From: Camelus ferus
Taxonomy: Eukaryota
Length of the DNA stretch: 64,000 nucleotides
Assembly: GCF_009834535.1 (NCBI RefSeq)
Contig: NC_045697.1
Span: 74,030,001-74,094,000, forward strand
Reading direction: 5' to 3'
The notes under the pieces are model-generated. The model saw only the letters and a program-made list of their open reading frames with translations, made no database searches and was not told the DNA's origin. This document shows, piece by piece, positions 26,257 through 39,434 of the stretch. Position 1 is the stretch's first letter; every line of letters begins with the position of its first letter. Made by a program: the position numbers and the translations under genes.

Positions 26257-27750
26257 AAGTGGTCTAAAATATGTTTATTATGAGTCTCAGAATGAAGGCA
26301 AGAGAATATGGGGTGAAAAAATGAAAAACAATAGCAAGTAATTTTCTAAATGTGGCAAAAACGAAAACTTACAGATCCATAAAGTTCAGGAGACCTTAAG
26401 GAGGATATACATAAAGGAAAGGATTTTACAAAACTTAGGATATTACAGAAAAATTGCTGAATCAAAAAATAGGGATAAAATCTTTAAAACAGTCTGAGAA
26501 AACAATATATTATATACTGGGTAACAACACATTATAGACATCAAAAACAATGGAGGCCCAAGGAAAACGGAAAATCTTTACAAAAATCCCTGTAACTCAA
26601 AATTCTATATCCAGTTAGAGTACAATTCCAAGACAAAGGCAATTTCAGATCAATTAAAATGGATAGAATTCATCACCAGCAGAACTGCAATACAAAAAAT
26701 GCTAAGTCTTCAAGTTGAAGTGAAATAACATCAGATGGAAACTACAGATCTTCAAGAAGTAATAAAATTCATGAGTATAAAAATGTCAAAACATGGGTAA
26801 ATATAAAAGAATATATATGTGTGTATGTGTTTCTCCTCTTAATTTTTAAAAAGGCATATTATTATTTAAGACAATACAAAATTAAAGCATAAAGGATGGA
26901 TAGGGGGTCTGAGAACAAATGGATCTCTCATACAACTTGCTGGTGAAAATGCAAAATATAGCCACTTTAGTCAAGTTTGACAGTTTCTTGTGATATTAAG
27001 CATATAATTACCATCTGACGTAGTAACCGTATTCCTTGGTACTTCCCTAACAGAAACGGAAACATATGTTCACACAAAGACCTATATATTTCAATGTTCA
27101 TAGCAACTTTACTTGTGTTAGCCCAAGACTGAAAATCCAAATTTTCATCAACAGGAGGATGGATAAACCGTGGTGTAGCTACACAATGGAACACTATTCA
27201 GCAATAAAATAGAACAAACTACACTGGCTACACACAATATCATGAATCTCCAAAGCATTATGCAAGAGAAATAAGACACCTATGCCAAAGAATATGTGTC
27301 TCGGGCAATGTACAGGTACACTGTGCAAGAAACACAACTACAATTGTTAAAAGTACAAATGTTTTCTCCCTTTAAAGTGAAAAAGCACCTATTTTGAAAT
27401 TATTTTCAAACTTTGCTCAAAATATTTTTTTATCAATATATACATGCATATATTCATTTATTCATCAATTTAAAAAAATTATTGAGCACCTATAACATGC
27501 CAGGCACTACACAAAGCTTCTGTAGTAGAAAAATTAATATTAAACATCTAGACACAAACTTAAAATGAAATGTAACAAGACCTTCCTTGGTAAATCTACA
27601 TAAATTTACTAAAAGACATACAAGAAAGTCTGAATAACTGAAGAAATAAACATATCATATTCATTAATGTGAAAATTTAATATTTTAAAGACAGCAGAAA
27701 TCCCTGACAAGTGATTCCAAAAATTTACAACAAAGAATAAAGGCATAAGA

Positions 27751-27937
27751 TAATAATGTGTCCATGCTGGTTCATCAATTGTACCAAATATGCCACACTG
27801 ATGAGGGATGTTGAGGGTAGGGGAGTAGATATGTGTGGGTGGGGAGGGCTATGTGTGAACTCTTTGTATTTTCTGCTCAATTCTGCTGTGAACCTGAAAC
27901 TGCTCTAAAAAAATAAAGTCTATTAATCAAAAAAAAA
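27751..27937 (+). mobile_element. L1MC1-like 3' end with poly(A) and 19-bp TSD
   Basis: ctcaattctgctgtgaacctgaaactgctctaaaaaaataaagtctattaa; TSD aaagaataaaggcataaga at 27732-27750 and 27938-27956. Confidence 0.82.
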
Positions 27938-28832
27938 AAAGAATAAAGGCATAAGAAAAACCAAATACCTTTGAAAACGTAGAAAAACAGGAGGAGGATT
28001 TGTCTTATATATATTTTTATTATGAGGCTACAGTAATTAAAATAACATGGAGCGGGAACAGAAATAGACCACTGACACCAAATAGAATCCAGAAGCAAAT
28101 TATCTGCATAAATAAGACTATAATACACTATAAAGGAGACATTTCAAAACAGTAGGAAGAAAAAAAATTTTTCTGTTAAGAGATAATGGGAAAGTTTGTT
28201 TATATGGAAAAACCTGAATTTCACATGGATTAAAGATCCAACTGTAAAAAATTTTAAACATAAAAGAATAAAAAGGAAGTAAAGAAAAACAACTTTTTGA
28301 CTATGGGGTAAGAAATCCTTATACAAGAATCAAAATGCTACTAGCATCATGTATAAAAATGATTGATAGAATACATCAAAATTTAAAATTCAAAATATCT
28401 GTAAGCCAAAAGGCAACAGTTTTTCTGCAGATAGAGAGAAAATATTTGCAACCTAAATAATAAAGAATTAATATCCAAAAAATCCAAGCAACTGCCATAT
28501 AGCAAAAGAATATGTCAACTCAGTACGAAAATGGAGGGCAACACGCACAGGCAATTCACAGAAGGGAAGACACAAATAGCCAATAAATATATGAAAAAGA
28601 TGTTCTATCCCAGCATCAAGCAGAAAAGTGCAAAATTAAAACAAAATACCATTTCCATCTATTAGACTGGCAAACAAACAAACCCTTTAAATGCTCAGTA
28701 ATAGTATGTCATTGAAACTTCAAAACCTGTATATTAGGTATCACTATTTCCTTTATGTAAATTAGGAAACTAGGGCTCCATGGGGTTAAATAATTTACTC
28801 AAAATCTGGAAGGGAATAGAGTAACCTCAGTA

Positions 28833-29050
28833 CAGCGTGGACCTTTGAATAACACGGGTTTGAACTACGCAGGTCCCCCTACATGTGGGTATTTTCAACA
28901 TGCGTACTACTGTACTACATGGTCCATGGACGGTTGAATCTGAGGAAGCCTGAACTGCAGACATGGAGGGCCAACTGTAGAGTTACCAGCGGATTTTCAA
29001 CCGTGCACGCTCGGCACCCCTAATCCCCAAGTTGTTCACGGGTCAACTGT
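28833..29050. mobile_element. Tigger2-derived MITE (Tigger2a-like)
   Basis: Ends cag..gacctttgaataacacgggtttgaact and gttgttcacgggtcaactg match the recalled Tigger2 TIR. Confidence 0.8.
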
Positions 29051-31870
29051 GCTAGCTTTAAATATGGGACGACAGGCCTATGTGTGGAGAGAAGAATGTC
29101 ATCAAATTTGATCAGGTGATAACATTTCCTAACTGGACGAATATCAAAAGTGTTAACAATTATTCTAGTTCCAAGACTAGATCCTCCAACCAGCAAAGAA
29201 GGATAGATTAATGGAGTGGTCCTAAACTTGGAGGAACCCATGAGAATCACCCAGAGAGACTGATCAAACTGTAGATATATTCACATCTCTAACTTGCCAC
29301 CCACATCTCCACACTGAGAACCACCTGTACTTCCACGAAGAAGTTCTAGAGAAAACAAAACAAAATGCTGTTTTCATTGGCATTATTTCCACCAAACCAC
29401 AACAGGAAAGGGAGAAAAGCATGCAATCAGCCGAGGATTTTTATTTTTAGATTAAAAACCAGCAACATAAATGTCATGCCACATCTCCTTGTCCATATTA
29501 TTTAAAAAAATACTAGAAAATGTGCTCATGCTTGAAATTCTGGCCAAAGAGAATTAAAAATATATATATATAAGGAAAAAAAGAAAAAAGGAGGTTCAAA
29601 CGCTGTGGGATGCTACCAACGGAAGTGATGTCAAGGCACAGAGCCCTCATGCCAGTTCTGCAGATGCTGCTCACAGCTAAACATGTGGACAACTGGCCTC
29701 TAAACAAAGTCTGCAGGAAGCGTGAACATATGTTTTTAATGACACTTTATAAACATTCACAAGAAATAATCCCTGCACTTTCTGCATCACAGATAGAGGT
29801 TCCAGCTCAGAGAAGTGTTTTAATAGTTGCGCTTCCTCGGAAGTACTAAAAGGTTCTATGTCTTCCATGCTGTTCTGTGCTCCGGTGCTTAAGAGCACAC
29901 AGACTAGTGAACAGAATCCTTCATTTTAGTTGCCTTTTCCTTCTCCATTCTCCTTTTCTACAAATCCTACTCTTATCAATACCTGTATTGAAAATATATT
30001 CTAACATCATGACAAATGGAAATTAACAGACTTCAAAGTTAAAATCGAACAGAACAATTCTATATAGAAGCCTATTTGTATTATATCAGAAAAACTTCTT
30101 AGAAAAGACTTGGTAGATTTCTTTCCCAAAATATAAATATTCATTACCACTTCATGGGAAATTTTATGTGACCAATAAAATGAAAACCGTCCGGGTGCCT
30201 TGTACATAGAAATCCAAATGGTTTTCTAATCTAATTTTAATTGGAAGCCTACAACCAAGTGGCTAAAATTTTAGGCTTTGGGTCAGGAGACCTTCACTGA
30301 AATTTCAGCTCCATCACTTAACAGCTTCCCTAAAGTACCTAAAAATGTGCCAATGTCCCCAAGAAATCTATCCCATGATCCTTTAATTTAAATTGTGCCT
30401 TCAGCACTAACTTTGAAGATATTTTAGGTCTTTCTACTTTAGAAGAAGACAGGCTAAAAGTAATGGATTAAAATACTTCCTAAAACAACCAAAATTTAGA
30501 GAAGTCTAGGAATCATCTACTCACTAGAGGATCAACCCCGCAACTTCAGAGGTGCAGAAACTAAAGCTTCCAGAGGTTATGTGAGTTTTCCAAGGTCAGA
30601 TAACTAGTACACACGAGAGACGGACTTATTTAGGCTTCCCTTACTCTTCACCATATTGTAGGAACATGACAGAAACGTGAAAAAAAAAATTGGAAGAGGT
30701 CAAGTTTCAAAAAAGAGGCAAAAGATTCCCAGTAATTTAATTTAATCTTCTTAATTATAGGACATTTTACTTGATTTGTCCCTATTCTTCAACTGCCTCC
30801 TCCACACCCCATGCCTATACACCCTGCCTATTAAGCCACACTCACTGATGAAATCAAAGGAATGAAGATCAAAAGAGCCATCTTTTTACTGGGTCTTCTA
30901 ATCATAATTATCCCACTGATGCGTAAATTATTTAAGAGCAAGTGGTCAGTGCTCCCAGAAAGCAATTCCGTCTGAGGCCACAAGTATTTTTCAGAGGGGA
31001 AGTGCAATGCAATGGTGAAGAGCCCAACTGGATTCCAGTAGCTCCCATGTGACTTTAGAGACAGTCACCAACTGCCCCCACCAGTGCCTCAGTTTCCTAA
31101 TCTGAAGAAAAAGAAGGGAACACTAGCACACCTTGCTTGGACTTGGGTAAACATTAAACAGATACTCCAAAAGAAGTATCCAGCACAGTTCCTAGACATG
31201 CAATAATTGCTCCAGAAATGTCAGAGCTTTTAGGATAATGATGGTGACATGCCAGCCCCTTTCTGAGCCAAAGAGTACATGCAAAGGAAAGCAAACTGAA
31301 CTCTGTTCTTTCCGGTTACAAAAGTTAACATGAGCATATTTTCCCTTAAGAGTACTATGCTATTCCCTATTTTTTTCCGTAAATGACAATATTAACTTGT
31401 ATTTTAGGAAGTAAAGAAATCAAATGCCATATGAATATGGCTTATTTTTAAAATAACAATTGCAGGAACACTTGAAGTGTTTATAGTACATGAAAATTTA
31501 AGTCAAATAGATTCGGTTTCCATGTGTTTATTCCTGCCTTGAAAGAAAATAAAAGAAACTACATAGTTTTATTTGACCTTTATGGTAATTTCTCTAAATG
31601 TAAGTTCAAATTCTACAAATGTGAAATACATATAAATTCTGATAATTTCAGGACAAGTGTAATGCTTGTCCTTGAAAAATTTCCAACTGCTTCATTTTAC
31701 AGAATTCCCTTATTACTCATGTAATTTATTCATCCCAGAATGTATCTACATCAATATAATTGTTCTGATTTCAATTTTTGTTTTTTAATTTTTTAAACCT
31801 TGAAAGTCACTGCACAGGCAATAGTTATTATAGGACAACAGACAGTTTTAATTTATTTAAAGACCAGACA

Positions 31871-32006
31871 GGGAAAGCTATAGCTCAAGTGGTAGAGCAC
31901 ATGCTTAGCATACATGAGGTCCTGGGTTCAATCCCCAGTACCTCCCCTAAAAATAAAGCTCAACTACCTCCCTTTCCCACCAAAAAAGTAAATAAATACA
32001 AAAAAA
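31871..32006 (+). mobile_element. Vic-1-like tRNA-Ala SINE with TSD
   Basis: GGGAAAGCTATAGCTCAAGTGGTAGAGCACATGCTTAGCATACATGAGGTCCTGGGTTCAATCCCCAGTACCTCC; TSD taaagaccagaca / taaagaccaagca. Confidence 0.88.
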
Positions 32007-34864
32007 TAAAGACCAAGCAAAAGAAATCTTTATTGTTCTGTGAGTTAATACAGCTTCTAGGTTTAAATTACCTACTCATGACATTACTTCACCTGACATA
32101 AGGTCCTTAGGCATCACTGGCAGTTCTGAAGAGGCTCAAACATCTGGTGAATATTCGAAGCTCTACATTATAGAAGGTGGTTAATTTAACCAAGAGAAAG
32201 ATTATGCATACCCTAGCATCTCAATCTTCTTAAGAAGCTCTGAACTTGGTTATTTCATAACCAAGCGCTATTATCTGTAACAGCCAAAGCATCCTCTAGT
32301 AACAATTTAGGTGCCCGGAGTTTTAATAACTCTTTCAGGCCATTAAAGTACCATTAAGAGCATTAGGGGCTGGAACCTAATTACAGTGCATTAAATGGTC
32401 TTGGTGCTCTTGAAGTGTTAATGAGCCAGTCAAACTGACCAATACTTCTATCAGGAAGTACATGGAACTTGTCCTTAAATATTATTTATATATTTTTTTA
32501 GATTCTGAAAGTGGCTAACTCCAGTTTCAGAAGGCAAAACTTGAAGATTTAAATAATAATGTTAAAATTACAGAAATAGAGCCAGCAACCATAGTTTCTT
32601 TTTAATTGAAACATGTTCTCTAATGCAATGGCTAGTTTTAGTTCAGTCATGTCAAAGTTAAAAAAAACAACTATAAACATTAAAACAGAATATTAGCGTC
32701 TACCAAAGTCTGCACATGTCCCTTAGGATCAAAGAAGTTATTTCTTAACAAATAAAACAATCCCAGAACTTCCTTGCAGAATCATAACTTAAATGTGTCC
32801 AGATAAATACAGCAAAAAATATACAGATAGATAATGAGTCTATTGTCTATAAATTAAAACAGACTTTATTTTCAAAAAAGAAAAAAGAGGTACCGACTGA
32901 AAAAAAACCCAGCTTCTTTCTCTTAAGGTAGTGGAAATTAACAGGAGCGAGTTATTTTTTAAATGTCTAAATAACAATAAGGATGTATAGGAAATAATAA
33001 AAAATTTTCTCTATAAATTTCTGTATTACACACATCCTCAGAAAATTACATAATTAAAAAATTTCTACCTAGATACCCTTCCCTACATTTTTTTAATCCT
33101 TCCTCCTATTGAATAAAAATGCCAAGAAGTATAGATGGCAAATGTTTAAACTGTTGAAAAAAAAAAATCACTTACTCCTTTGTGATTTTTAATTCATATT
33201 GTTTATATTTGAAGTTCCTACATTAGATATTTAAAGCTATTTAAGAAGAAGTTGACCAAAAAAAACCAAAACAGAACAAAATAAACCATTTCTGACATGT
33301 ATGGACTCTGACATGTATGAAATCAATCTCCCATGCATTTTCTGTAAAAATTTTTGAAAATGTGGGCCAGCTAACAATGAGAAAGGAAAGTAGAGTACAT
33401 GAAAGAATGTATGAAAGGACAAAACTAATAACCCAGAAAGGCGATGAGAAGACACCCCATGATGACAGCTATGCAGCGGGCTTGAGAATACAGCCTGTCC
33501 ACGTAAACAGTACGATAAACCAAGTAAATAATATGCACATAAACACCGTGAATGCTAGTTATTGGTTTTCAATTTTCAGACTCAAGAGATAAAATAAGAA
33601 AAACAGTTATAGTTAAAGAAGAACTTACACATTATAAATGCTGAAGCTGTAGGACTCATAGCTGAGGGAAGCCGGGTAGCAGGGGACAGAGAAGAAGTAC
33701 GGAAACCTCAGTGCCCTGGCTTGACACGGGGCAGCCACGAGTTAGTGTTCAAAATTAATGAAGCCATAAATACAGCTTGAAGTGTAATACCTAGAGTTAC
33801 TAAGATAACAGGAGAAGAAATAGGGTAACCAAATTGAGAAATGTGTAAGACGTTAGATTCCTAATCTTTCAAAGCAGCAAGTTGGGTCAGCAAGGAAAAG
33901 ACATAAATTAAGAAACAGAGGTGTGAGCACGTTGTTCACAGAAGAGGAGCAACCACTCAAGAGAACTAAAAACCATACGGGGAGAAGATGTGAGAAGTCA
34001 GACGGGTGGGTGGGGTTTGAGAAGAGGGACAGAGGATGTTTGATACACCTTTTTTATATTTCTGAGTTTTTTCCCCCAAGTATATGACTATTTTTTATAA
34101 TTAAAAAAATGCCATTCAAGATCTTATATTCATGATTTTTAGAGGGTACATGTGGGAGTGACACACAGTAAAATGTTTACAGGGTGCTTGACTTGAAATT
34201 ACTGTTAATTAATTTTCAAAGATGTCCAGTAGACACAACAGCACCAAACTGTCAATTTCCATTAGCTAATGTTTATTTAATCATAGGAATGCAAACACAT
34301 AGCTTTACCTCACTCTACTAAAGCCGTAAACTGTCCTAGAGACGCTTCTCCCAATCTCAAAACCATGAAGTTGCTGCCTTTACTTCTGAGGCTTCCTCGC
34401 CCTTGCCAAGGCTCTATTTTTAACCTGTAACATTCTATAAAATATGCCACATGCTTACAATGCTTCAGCTCCCCCGAATTATAAGTTAAGCACCTTTAGA
34501 AGATGAATTATGATGATACAAGATAAAACTATTAAATAGAGTAATCAAGTCACATAAACTGATTTTGTGAAAATTCCTTCACAAATTTAGGATGCTTTCA
34601 ACTCTCGTAATGCCCGAGCGTCTCTCAGCCCCTCAAAGCCCCCTTTAGAGGTGTTGATAAAGCACAGACAGCGCACTAGGCTAAGTAGTGAAGAAGAAAA
34701 GGGAAGACGAGGAATGATGTCCGCCCATTAATATTTGCTTGAGCAGCAGGACAACAGAAACTCTGTCTTTTGTCTGAAATTGTGTGAGAAAATAGCTGGG
34801 TGATGTTAGAGAGATAGAATAAATATAAGCCAAAACTTGAGCTTAAATTGAAAATAAAAGCTGA

Positions 34865-34936
34865 GAAGATGGCAGAGTACTAGGACCATGAGCTGGCCTC
34901 TCCTCGTGACTACAACGAAACCACAACTGACTGCTA
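34865..34936 (+). mobile_element. 72-bp L1 5'-UTR start flanked by a 14-bp TSD
   Basis: gaagatggcagagtactaggaccatgagct...accacaactgactgct resembles the recalled laurasiatherian L1 5' end; flanks aaaataaa(a/t)gctga. Confidence 0.7.
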
Positions 34937-36599
34937 AAAATAAATGCTGATTCACAGGTTACCTAGTATTCTATGATTTAGGATTAAAAAAAAATTTATA
35001 CTGCAATCTCTTCAGCCTTTCAATTTACGCCTACAGTTTTTTCTTGGGTCACTATAAAATAAGAGAGAAAAGAGAAGAAATGTGGAATATATTACAGTAA
35101 CATGCAGGTAAAAGGAATGAGAAGTCATAAAAGAAAACACTCATAACTCTTAAAACTACAGAATGTACTTTACAAAATCTAGATACGTAAGAGCTCTTCA
35201 GGTACTGGTGCTCTCCCCTGTGAACAATATGCAAACATCCTTGGTGTAAACAGCTTCCATTTCCCCCCGTATACCTCATTCACCCGGGAAATAAACACAG
35301 AGCACGATGTCAGCTACCATTTTAGAGCATATGTCAATAATACTCACCTAGTCTTTAAAGATTTTAAAAACATTGTGAAGCATTGTTGTATTTAAGATGA
35401 AGATAATATATGTATTCACTTTTTAATGTAATGAAAGAAAGATCTTTTTTCCTTCAAAACAAGCATTTCTTATCTTAATTATTCTAGTTTGATAATTTCC
35501 TCTCAACCTTAACAGGCCTCAGCTTTTCTGCATGCCTTTCTGTACAAGTCTACACAACAAGAATTTAGAAGATGTTGCCCAAAGTACAAAGTCATCTCCA
35601 TTCTGGATGCAAACAGAAATAAGGTGAAAATAGAATTAAAATGCTTCATTCTAATCCTTAAGAAACTCTAGAAGAAGTAAGGTACTTAGCCTGTGAAATC
35701 TGGTTTCAAAACTGCTAGTTACAAATACTGCAAATTACTACAAAAATGAAGTGCTCAGTATAGTATGGACCATGGATAATAATCAGATTGAAATGAGTTC
35801 AAATGATAGTTCTACTACTTACTAAATGTGCAGACTTGGGCAAATTATTTAAATCCTTTGAGATTCTTCTAAATTAAGAATAATAATGTGTATTAGGACA
35901 GGCACCAGTGTTTGGCATATGTTAGGGAGTTTAAAATATTGATCACATCGCCAACAGTACTGGGCTATAGACTAGTTTCATTCTCAGCCTCTCCAGTTTA
36001 AAGGGACAGCTCTCACTAGAGTGTCATGACCTTAGTGTGACACATCACAAATGAATCAGCTGGATGATTTGCTTTTGCTGGCTGTGGCAGCATTATATTA
36101 TCAGTTCTCATTTGAGGAGCAGCTAATGTATTAAAAATTTTTAAACTTGGTATTTATTTATTTTTGTTACATATATATAAGAGAAATATGGTAATAAAGA
36201 AACCCAGGGTAAAACAATGGACAGATAACAAATATATATGGTGCTGTCCTAGTAGACATTATTATGTACATATTATAGGCTCAAGTCTCATATTTTAATT
36301 GCGGTTTTCAAGTTTTAGTTTTGACCCTGAGGCTATTTGTACTTCACCCTATCAGACCCCTTCCTTTCTCAATTACAAGCAAGACCGGCATAAAATTACT
36401 CTTGCCGTTCCATGTGCAGGAAAAGGTTTCAAACACACAGAAATTAAGAGAGGTTAAAACATGAGTTAATGAGTATTAGTCAATTCAGAAACGGTATATT
36501 TCCAGTTGGGATAAGAATGGAGGTCTAGGAAAAAACAAAGATCCTGAATAAGGATAAGCCTGAAAGGAAAAAGGCTAGAAAAACAGGGGGAATAATTGG

Positions 36600-36840
36600 T
36601 CAAAGAATAATAACAGTGGCCATATATTCAACGCTCGATATGTGACAGCCAGATGCTTTAAGTAAATCTCATACACTGTCAACAACCTCACAAGTAAGTA
36701 TAATTACCTCCACGGACAGATGAGCAAACTGAAATTCAGAGAAGTTAAATGATCAACCCAAAGTCACTCAGTAGGAAGCAGCACAGCCAGATGGCAAGCT
36801 GAAGTCTATGACTCCAGGGGAAGTCAACTCTTCATCATAC
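36600..36840 (-). mobile_element. MIR SINE
   Basis: acagatgagcaaactgaaattcagagaagttaaatga core. Confidence 0.75.
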
Positions 36841-37334
36841 CAAGCTCTTTCTGCAACTTAAATTCTGGGACATCAAAACTTTGTTAGAGAGAGGGCAGTT
36901 ATCTTTCCCTTCCTTTGTACAAGACAGAACAAAAACTAGGTATAGAAACAGCTTATGTCCTTGATGAACACTCCCCTTCTTTAGTTTTTTTCCTGCTACT
37001 CAAATAAAAGAGAGATTTAAGAAAAAGAAGGAAGGGAGAAAGGGAAGATGGGAGGAAGAAGGAACCCCATAGGAAGTACTTTCTTAATCTGAAGTATCAT
37101 TTGTCCATCCACATTCCTTTCTTTCTCTCATTCCTCCTAGCAACATGAGGAGGAACAACTTAGACACAATCATATTGGACTGCCCTTTATATTCCAAGGA
37201 GCAAGAATAAAAAAATGAAACATATAAATTTAAGTCCCAATATATACATTGTGCTTTACACAAGCCTCTTTTAAATTCTAAGAACTCCAATGACACACTG
37301 ACTTACTTCTGTTTCTGGAAAGTTACAGACTTAC

Positions 37335-37461
37335 CATGAAACTTTGAGGCTTCAGGATCATTTACATTGATAGCAATTAATTTCCAATCTGTTTCACCCT
37401 GATCAATAAGAGCCAAAATCCCAAGGATCTTCACACGAATAACATCTCCACGAGAAAGGAC
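37335..37461 (-). CDS. PPA2: PPA2 exon 7: [42 protein letters not shown](D)
   Basis: Acceptor tctttaaag, donor G|gtaagt, 127 nt; lies within ORF 37303..37515; ETDWK motif. Confidence 0.97.
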
Positions 37462-38660
37462 CTTTAAAGAGAAAAGAACCTCAATATTTGCAAGGCTTTG
37501 GAAAAGTTTACTCATATATCATAAAAATCCATATGAAGGATTAAAAGCACTATAGACTGAAATGTAACAAAATTTAATAATTAAAAAATATTGTAAACAC
37601 AGTCATAAAGCCTTTTATGATACCCTTTTTTAGAATAGGTATCTTGATCCCTTTTTGGAAATTGAAGTTACTTAGAGATCTTAAAATTTAATGTACTGGG
37701 CCTAGAAACTCATACTAAACAGAAAATAAACCCAAGTATATCATGGCATAATATAAATCTGGCTTCTGCTGCTTAGGGGTAAAGAGACATGAGAATCCCT
37801 TGAAACTGCTCCACAGTAGCTTTTCTGCAAACCATATTTATCAGTTACCAGTAAAAGTAAATTTTTAACATATTCGAATATAGCCTTAAGAAGATAATGA
37901 GTGACAAAGAAATATATAAATATGTTAAAGATACAGACAAAGCAGGTTTCATAAAATGCTTTAAAGAGATTTTGAAGGAAACCAAGAAACAGCATGATGT
38001 TGAAGCAGATGTTCCTTGTGCTAAAGAAAGTTATTTCAGTGGTTCCTTCCAGTTGCCAATGCCAAGTTTATATCCATGCATTCTTTCTATAGCCTTTTAT
38101 TTTTAAAGGTCTAGTTAGCTATAGAATTTCACTGTAAGCTGAAATTTGAACACACACTTCAGAATAATTCCTTTGTGATTCAAAATGCAGCTTTACATTT
38201 GGAAATCGTGGCTTGCAAAAGAAATCCACTGTTGTGTCTTCAAATTATTTGAGAGAAAAAACCAGATCTTATACCATAACGTCAAATAAATCCTTGCAGA
38301 ACATTTGCAAAATGAATCTAAAATCTTAATATAAACCTACATGAAGTTGTAATTAGTTTACACAACAGATTAGTGTGACTGTATAAACTAAACTGAAATA
38401 CCAGTTTTGGGAAAATATGCGCAATTATATTAATCAGACTCGTACACGTTTAGGCTCCATTAAGTATCCAGCACTGTATCAGACACTGGGTATACAAAAA
38501 GAAAGCATCCCCTTTCTTAAAGGTTTACAATCTTGTTGGGGAGACTTACACACCTCATGCCAGGAGGTCCTTTATAAAACAAAAGTGTTCAAAGTCAAAG
38601 TTACCACACACTCATCAATGAAAGGCTGGCTATACTGATTTACGCAGTGATAAACTGGAT

Positions 38661-38853
38661 CACTGGTTCCCGACCAGAGGCAATTTTGCCCTCTAGAGGA
38701 CATCTGGCAATGTCTGGGGACATTTTTGGCTGTCACGACTGGGGAGGTATTATCAGCACCTAGCAGAAGACGCCAGGGATGCTGCACAGGACTGTCTCCT
38801 GTAACAGAATCATCCACCTGGAATGTCAACAGTGCCAAAGCTGGGGAGCCTGC
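38661..38853 (+). mobile_element. MER20 hAT-Charlie MITE
   Basis: ggcaattttgccctctagaggacatctggcaatgtctggggacatttttggctgtcacgactgggg...ccagggatgctg. Confidence 0.85.
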
Positions 38854-39434
38854 AGAGACTCCGCTGGCAGGGGTGTCAATCGGAGTTACTGGGGATCACA
38901 TATAGCTTTTAAAGGCATATTCTGAATTGTTTGATTTTTATTCATACTTATTTTGAAATTTCATACAGCGTGAGAGCAGATTTGAGATTTTTATAGTTAC
39001 AAGGGCAAGCAAGAAGCATGTCTGGGGATTATCACGTTGCATCAGAATGATAAATGCCCTCTGATCTCATAAGCAACAGAAAGGGATTAGACACACCCCT
39101 GCCTTGCTATATAACACCTTTAAAAACTGGAAAGGAAATTCTCTCAAACCAAAAACTCAGGATAAGATACTTAGGAACAAATGGTAAAATTCTTAAGAAC
39201 ACCCTACAACTCAATTTGGTCTAGAGCAGTTCAACAAATTTATGCAGAACACATCTGGTTAGATACCAAATGAATAATACTTCTCAAAGAACTTATACCT
39301 TAAAAACTTCTATGCCTGTGATTCTAAGTCTATTATGAAATTCCAGGACTCTGCTCCTTTCCCTTTGCCCATTCGCAAATGTGGTGTTAAAAGAGGCTTT
39401 CTTCTACGACACTCCTTACAGATGACTTAAGGAC

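Larger units (their letters stand above)
24460..28700 (+). mobile_element. Old degraded L1M (ORF1/ORF2/3'UTR remnants) hosting nested younger insertions
   Basis: ORF1-like text (gacagatcaatagaaattatc; aattctatatccag; aattcatcaccagcaga) and ORF2/3'UTR remnants. Confidence 0.75.

Noticed and set aside
31871..31945. tRNA-Ala gene (also at about 4125-4197 and 25160-25230)
   Set aside because: tRNA-like heads followed by a shared non-tRNA body, A-tail and TSD: these are SINEs.
37897..38106. 69-aa ORF with ATG and protein-like composition, antisense to PPA2
   Set aside because: No recognisable homology, promoter or retrocopy hallmarks; length expected by chance.
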